IMG/VR virus record: IMGVR_UViG_3300042366_000324
Coordinates: 1-39,800 of that record
Strand: one strand, 5' to 3'
Length of the DNA stretch: 39,800 nt
From: a virus
Taxonomy: Duplodnaviria > Caudoviricetes
Position 1 is the stretch's first letter. Each line of letters opens with the position of its first letter. Position numbers and translations under genes: made by a program. The notes under the pieces are model-generated. The model searched no databases and had not been told where the DNA came from. It saw nothing but the letters and a program-made list of their open reading frames with translations. Shown here in pieces: positions 35,718 to 39,800 of this stretch.

Positions 35718-36739
35718 TGAGACTGTCGCCAGAACAAATTGCTTCTGGCTGGGAAATGGTGGGGCGGCCAATAGCCGCCCCATCTTCCGATTATCGGATG
35801 TATTCCCCGCTATCAGAAGCCGCAGACTCATTCGTGCGCTGGGCTCAGTCCCCACAAGAACGTGTGTACCTAGGCATCGACCGAATCGACCAAGAGATGC
35901 GTGGCATCGCTCCGGGCGAAATGGCAATGATGCTCGGGTTCGCACACGGTGGTAAGACCCTCGCCCTGCTACATGCGTTGCGCCACAATCATGACAAGCA
36001 CATTGCCCTATTCATTCCAGACGAGCCACGACAACTGGTGCTCACCAAGTTGACCTGCATCCACCACAACATCGATGCACGTGAACTGGAGTCCCGTGTC
36101 GCCTCAGACGACCAAGAAGCAATCAACCTGCTGAAGTCCACAGCCGAGGAACATTTCCCGAACCTCGCTGTGTTCGACCAGCCGTTGACCGCCTCTGACA
36201 TGGAACGTGCCTACAACGAGGTGTGTGACGTGTGGGGACAAGTTCCCGAACTGGTCGTCGTCGACTATCTCGATCTCGTAGAGGCTGGCGAAACTGTGCC
36301 AGACAAAGCGACGTTCCTGAAGTCGTTCGGCAGACGGCACGACATCCCGATGCTGGTGCTACACCAGACGTCACGCACCGCAGGTGCGGACGGGGCGAAA
36401 CTCACCATGTCGTCCGGCTCGTACGGTGGAGAACAGCAGGCCACGTCGATCATCGGTGTGCGACGCAAGAAGTATCAGATCATGTCGGAGATGAACGAAC
36501 TGATCGAGAAACTTGACCGCTCGCACAGCGAACGCTCACAAGAGCGGCTCGACTTCCTTAGGCACGACCTCAAGATTCACGAATACACCGTGACCCTGAG
36601 CCTCCTCAAGAACAAGCGACCTGCAGGACAACTCGTCGACGACATCGACTTCGAGTTGGACATCGCAACCGGACGTCTCCGTGACCTGAATGGCGAACTG
36701 CCAGAGCAGTACCGCATGCCCGGGGTTGGTCATGACTGA
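35717..36739 (+). CDS. DnaB-like (SF4) replicative helicase
   Basis: GFAHGGKT Walker A, VVVDYL Walker B, VLHQTSR, KNKR. Confidence 0.85.
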   Translation: MRLSPEQIASGWEMVGRPIAAPSSDYRMYSPLSEAADSFVRWAQSPQERVYLGIDRIDQEMRGIAPGEMAMMLGFAHGGKTLALLHALRHNHDKHIALFIPDEPRQLVLTKLTCIHHNIDARELESRVASDDQEAINLLKSTAEEHFPNLAVFDQPLTASDMERAYNEVCDVWGQVPELVVVDYLDLVEAGETVPDKATFLKSFGRRHDIPMLVLHQTSRTAGADGAKLTMSSGSYGGEQQATSIIGVRRKKYQIMSEMNELIEKLDRSHSERSQERLDFLRHDLKIHEYTVTLSLLKNKRPAGQLVDDIDFELDIATGRLRDLNGELPEQYRMPGVGHD

Positions 36740-37610
36740 TGCAATCGAAATCTTCATGTCCATCTTTGATGGACGCAGAGATGCGTACGGCGCATGGGAA
36801 GGGTTCTCGGTGCCGAAGCCAGTCAACTACACCACGTATGCAGAACATCTGTATGGCAAAGAACTGATCGGCATCTACCCATTACGGGATGACGCAATGG
36901 TCAAGTGGGGTTGCTCGGACATCGACACCGACGACCTCGACGCTGCACGGAACCTGCAGACTGCACTTATGGTCAAGGGCGTACATTCATACGTTGAGAA
37001 AACTCGCCGTGGCTACCACGTGTGGGTATTCGCAGACTCATGGATACCGGCACCGATCATGAGACGAGCACTACTGGCTGCACACGAAGCCATCGACTAC
37101 CCGGCAAAAGAGGTGAACCCGAAGCAAGAGCAAGCCACCGGCTTGGGCAACTACGTGAGACTGCCGTACCCCAACGGCATGAACGAGATGCCCGAGAACC
37201 GCTACATGCTCACCCCATCGGATTCGCCAATGGAGTTTGACGACTTCATCGGAGAAGTGGAAGAACACCTTGTGTCCGTCCACCAACTCAAGCCACTCGC
37301 CGACATGCACAACCCACGTCGACGAGCGGTGATCGACCCGATCATCGTGTCAGCCAACGTCAGAGAAGCCCTCGCATACGTAGACGGGTATGTGGTCAAC
37401 ATCTGGAAGCACGGCCCACTCGAAGGCCGTGACCGCAGCAACACGCTGTGCAAGATGGTGCACCGCATGCACGAACAGGGGACACCCATCCAGTATGCGT
37501 TCGCCATACTCAAGGACGCAGACAGGCGTTGGGGTAAGTTCAACCAACGTCCAGACTGCGACGAACAACTCACCAAAATCATTCAAGACATCTACGAGGA
37601 CCCACAATGA
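36732..37610 (+). CDS. Archaeo-eukaryotic primase/PrimPol (TOTE-primase-like) with C-terminal helical domain
   Basis: IGIYPL, WGCSDID (DxD), RRGYHVWVF, GNYVRLPY; DRS motif in the C-terminal domain. Confidence 0.85.
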   Translation: MTDAIEIFMSIFDGRRDAYGAWEGFSVPKPVNYTTYAEHLYGKELIGIYPLRDDAMVKWGCSDIDTDDLDAARNLQTALMVKGVHSYVEKTRRGYHVWVFADSWIPAPIMRRALLAAHEAIDYPAKEVNPKQEQATGLGNYVRLPYPNGMNEMPENRYMLTPSDSPMEFDDFIGEVEEHLVSVHQLKPLADMHNPRRRAVIDPIIVSANVREALAYVDGYVVNIWKHGPLEGRDRSNTLCKMVHRMHEQGTPIQYAFAILKDADRRWGKFNQRPDCDEQLTKIIQDIYEDPQ

Positions 37611-37969
37611 AGAAGTTTCAGTACACACAGTTCTTCCCCGTTCGCCCAAAGGCGAAGGGGAGGCCACGCATGACCCGAAGCGGTTACGCATACACCCCAA
37701 AGGACACCAAGCGATACGAGAAAGAAATTGCCGATCTGTACAAGGGCCCGTTCTTTGAGGACGGCATGCTCAAGATGAGCCTGCGGTTCACCAAAGAGGG
37801 AACCGAGATGCTGATCGAACGGCTTGGCCTCAACAAGAAGGTTGCACAGCCCGTGTCCCGGCTTACCGGAGACGTGGACAACTACGCCAAGTCTCTGCTC
37901 GATGCGCTGAATGGCGTCGCCTACAGCGACGACAAGCAGATCGTTGTTCTTTATCTGGAGAAAGCATGA
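37607..37969 (+). CDS. rusA: RusA-like Holliday junction resolvase
   Basis: PKAKGRPR; DVDNYAKSLLDALNGVAYSDDKQIV. Confidence 0.9.
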   Translation: MKKFQYTQFFPVRPKAKGRPRMTRSGYAYTPKDTKRYEKEIADLYKGPFFEDGMLKMSLRFTKEGTEMLIERLGLNKKVAQPVSRLTGDVDNYAKSLLDALNGVAYSDDKQIVVLYLEKA

Positions 37970-38193
37970 TTCCCCAATGGTGGTCATGGGTACTTATGAC
38001 GGTCGGAGCATTCGGGCTCCTGACCGTAGGGCGACAAAGGTCATGGGGATGGATGGTTCTCATCCTGAACGAATGGCTGTGGGTCATCTATGCCGTCAAC
38101 ACAAAACAGTACGGCTTCATCGTTGCAGCAGCAATCTATGGTACCGTTTATGTAATCAACATAATGAAATGGCGGAAACATGAAGCCCAGTAA
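37966..38193 (+). CDS. PnuC-like / 3-TM small membrane protein
   Basis: Three hydrophobic helices; WGW..NE.LW..YA...QYGF pattern. Confidence 0.6.
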   Translation: MIPQWWSWVLMTVGAFGLLTVGRQRSWGWMVLILNEWLWVIYAVNTKQYGFIVAAAIYGTVYVINIMKWRKHEAQ

Positions 38194-38620
38194 AAAACCG
38201 TTCAGCAGACACCTGTACGACAACGACGACAAGGCAAAGCACATCGTTGTCGACTGGCTCAACGACATGGGCTTCAAAGCAGAAGTCAACGAAGAACGAT
38301 ACGGCATCGACGTTGTGTCCGTGCCCGCAGGACTCGTTGGCATCGAGGTCGAAGTCAAGCACAACTGGAAGGGCCCAACATTCCCGTATGACACGCTTCA
38401 CTACTCGTGGCGCAAGGTGAAATTCTTGGACGTTGCAGAGAACGTGTTCTTCACGACTCTCAACCACGAGAAGGATTGCATGCTCATCGTTTCTGGCGAC
38501 GCCCTCGAGGCGGCAGCCAAGAAAGCGGTGTACAAGGACACCAAGTACACGTCGCATGAAGCATTCATGGAGATACCGATCGCAGACTGCGAGTACGTAA
38601 AACTAACCAATGGGCAATAA
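38180..38620 (+). CDS. Putative PD-(D/E)XK-fold nuclease-like protein
   Basis: YGIDV..IEVEVK motif; W...FPY..RK.KF. Confidence 0.6.
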   Translation: MKPSKKPFSRHLYDNDDKAKHIVVDWLNDMGFKAEVNEERYGIDVVSVPAGLVGIEVEVKHNWKGPTFPYDTLHYSWRKVKFLDVAENVFFTTLNHEKDCMLIVSGDALEAAAKKAVYKDTKYTSHEAFMEIPIADCEYVKLTNGQ

Positions 38621-39449
38621 AGACACCTCACTCAGTCCTGCCTACGTAGAAACAATGCGTGGGACAAGAAGGCCAGAAACGCCGATAGAGGCGTTGATGA
38701 TGGCCGGCATCGGTGAGGACACCGTTGAATCCGTACAGGAACTGCAGCCCATCCGGGAAGCGGTAGCGCAATGCATCGAACAACTGTCCGATCAAGATCG
38801 CTACATCGTCGACTCGGTGAACAGCGAAATGATCTCGTACGAAGAACTTGGTCAGCGTCTCGGAGTCTCCAAGCCACACGCTTGGAGGCTCAAGAACGCC
38901 GCCTATGAACGGCTAAAGTATCTACTCTCAATGCACCCAACAATCAGAAGGAGAATAAACGTGGCAAGCACATGGGACGAAGCGGCATCACAATGGGTTG
39001 ACCACTTGGACTCAATGGCAAAAAACGCCAAGCCAATCAACCTTGACGTGTTGTCGAAGATGCGAGACAGCGGCGCACTCGCCGCCCCACACGAACCACT
39101 CAGCCCAATATTCTGGACTGGTATCGCCACCATGGCCATCAACGAACTGCGGTTCCACCGCAAATGGGACGCCAACGAGATGACCGACCTACTGTGCCGC
39201 AAGCAAAACGATTACGGTCACGGCAACATCAACAAGTTCGGTCAGTTCGGAATCCTTGTTCGCCTCAGCGACAAGGTGGAACGTCTCAAGAATCTTCGTG
39301 AAAAAGTTGCGACAGCGGAACCATACGAGGATGCATTGATTGATATCGTCGGCTATTGTGTTGTAGCCCTGATGCTGGATGACGGCACATTCGCACTCGA
39401 ACTTGGAGATGATCTCGTTGAAAACTTGGCAAATAACCGTGGGGTTTGA
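38610..39449 (+). CDS. Fusion: sigma70 region-4-like HTH plus Nmad1/DUF1599 (all-alpha NTP-pyrophosphatase-like) domain
   Basis: LSDQDRYIV..SYEELGQRLGVSK..WRL..AY.RL; C-terminal RKQNDYG..N..GILVRLSDKVERL..EDALIDIVGY. Confidence 0.75.
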   Translation: MGNKDTSLSPAYVETMRGTRRPETPIEALMMAGIGEDTVESVQELQPIREAVAQCIEQLSDQDRYIVDSVNSEMISYEELGQRLGVSKPHAWRLKNAAYERLKYLLSMHPTIRRRINVASTWDEAASQWVDHLDSMAKNAKPINLDVLSKMRDSGALAAPHEPLSPIFWTGIATMAINELRFHRKWDANEMTDLLCRKQNDYGHGNINKFGQFGILVRLSDKVERLKNLREKVATAEPYEDALIDIVGYCVVALMLDDGTFALELGDDLVENLANNRGV

Positions 39450-39588
39450 CGTTGCTGTCTCTCCTGAAGAAGTTGCTGCGCTACTTGCGACCAAGTACCG
39501 CATCGTTCAGGTCGGTCAAGGTATTTCCCAGAATGGGATTCCAAGCAAATACATACACGTTCAAAACGGAGCCCGTGATGAGCGGTGA
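39409..39588 (+). CDS. Small hypothetical protein (59 aa)
   Basis: Fills the gap between overlapping neighbours; start codon uncertain. Confidence 0.5.
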   Translation: MISLKTWQITVGFDVAVSPEEVAALLATKYRIVQVGQGISQNGIPSKYIHVQNGARDER

Positions 39589-39800
39589 TGAATGGATCTA
39601 CGAGATTGTTCCGTACGAGCAAATAGAATCAATCAACGACCGGGCAGAAGAAATCGAAAGGAACATGGACAATGGCCTCAGCATCGTACTCACGGCAGAC
39701 AACCAGTCGGCAATCGAAATGTGTCAGTATTGGCGCAAGGCGGTCAAGGGTGACTTCGAAGCGTCGCTCAAAGTCTCTTCGTTTTTTTCGTCGATCATCA
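39578..39800 (+). CDS. 5' part of a hypothetical protein continuing across the junction to 180
   Basis: MSGDEWIYEIVPYEQIESINDRAEEIERNMDNGLSIV... is open through the repeat. Confidence 0.75.
   Translation, partial: MSGDEWIYEIVPYEQIESINDRAEEIERNMDNGLSIVLTADNQSAIEMCQYWRKAVKGDFEASLKVSSFFSSII
39674..39800. repeat. Terminal direct repeat, copy 2
   Basis: Exact match to 1-127. Confidence 0.95.

Noticed and set aside
39674-39800. 127-bp terminal repeat as a biological direct terminal repeat
   Set aside because: Length equals a standard assembler k-mer and it falls inside a continuous ORF; best explained as circular overlap

Overview
Complete circularly assembled genome (39,673 bp; bases 1-127 are repeated exactly at 39674-39800) of a tailed, apparently lytic, podovirus-type dsDNA phage. 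The host is most likely an actinobacterium (WhiB gene, actinophage-type holin and PnuC-like membrane genes). The minus strand (435-28515) carries the late module: small terminase, a collagen/glycine-rich tail-fibre cassette, holin, large terminase, portal, scaffold, BPP-1-type major capsid, tail adaptor and nozzle, four internal virion proteins including a 2,662-aa giant, and an M15-type endolysin. The plus strand (28659-39800, wrapping to 568) carries early and replication genes: amidoligase plus class II glutamine amidotransferase, WhiB, DUF1281-like protein, secreted lytic transglycosylase, Cas4/RecB-like nuclease, DnaB-like helicase, AEP primase, RusA, PnuC-like protein and a sigma70-r4/Nmad1 fusion. 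I recognised no integrase, DNA or RNA polymerase, reverse transcriptase, tRNA or CRISPR array. The main unexplained signals are: four TGATA-N6-TATCA palindromes punctuating the early region, a GTAAC motif at fixed spacing before late genes, two sequence-divergent G-tract plus bulged-A hairpin elements, a modular RBP array with a shared N-terminal anchor, and apparent genome-wide avoidance of AGCT, CGCG and CCWGG. All family assignments are from motif recognition by eye, not database searches.
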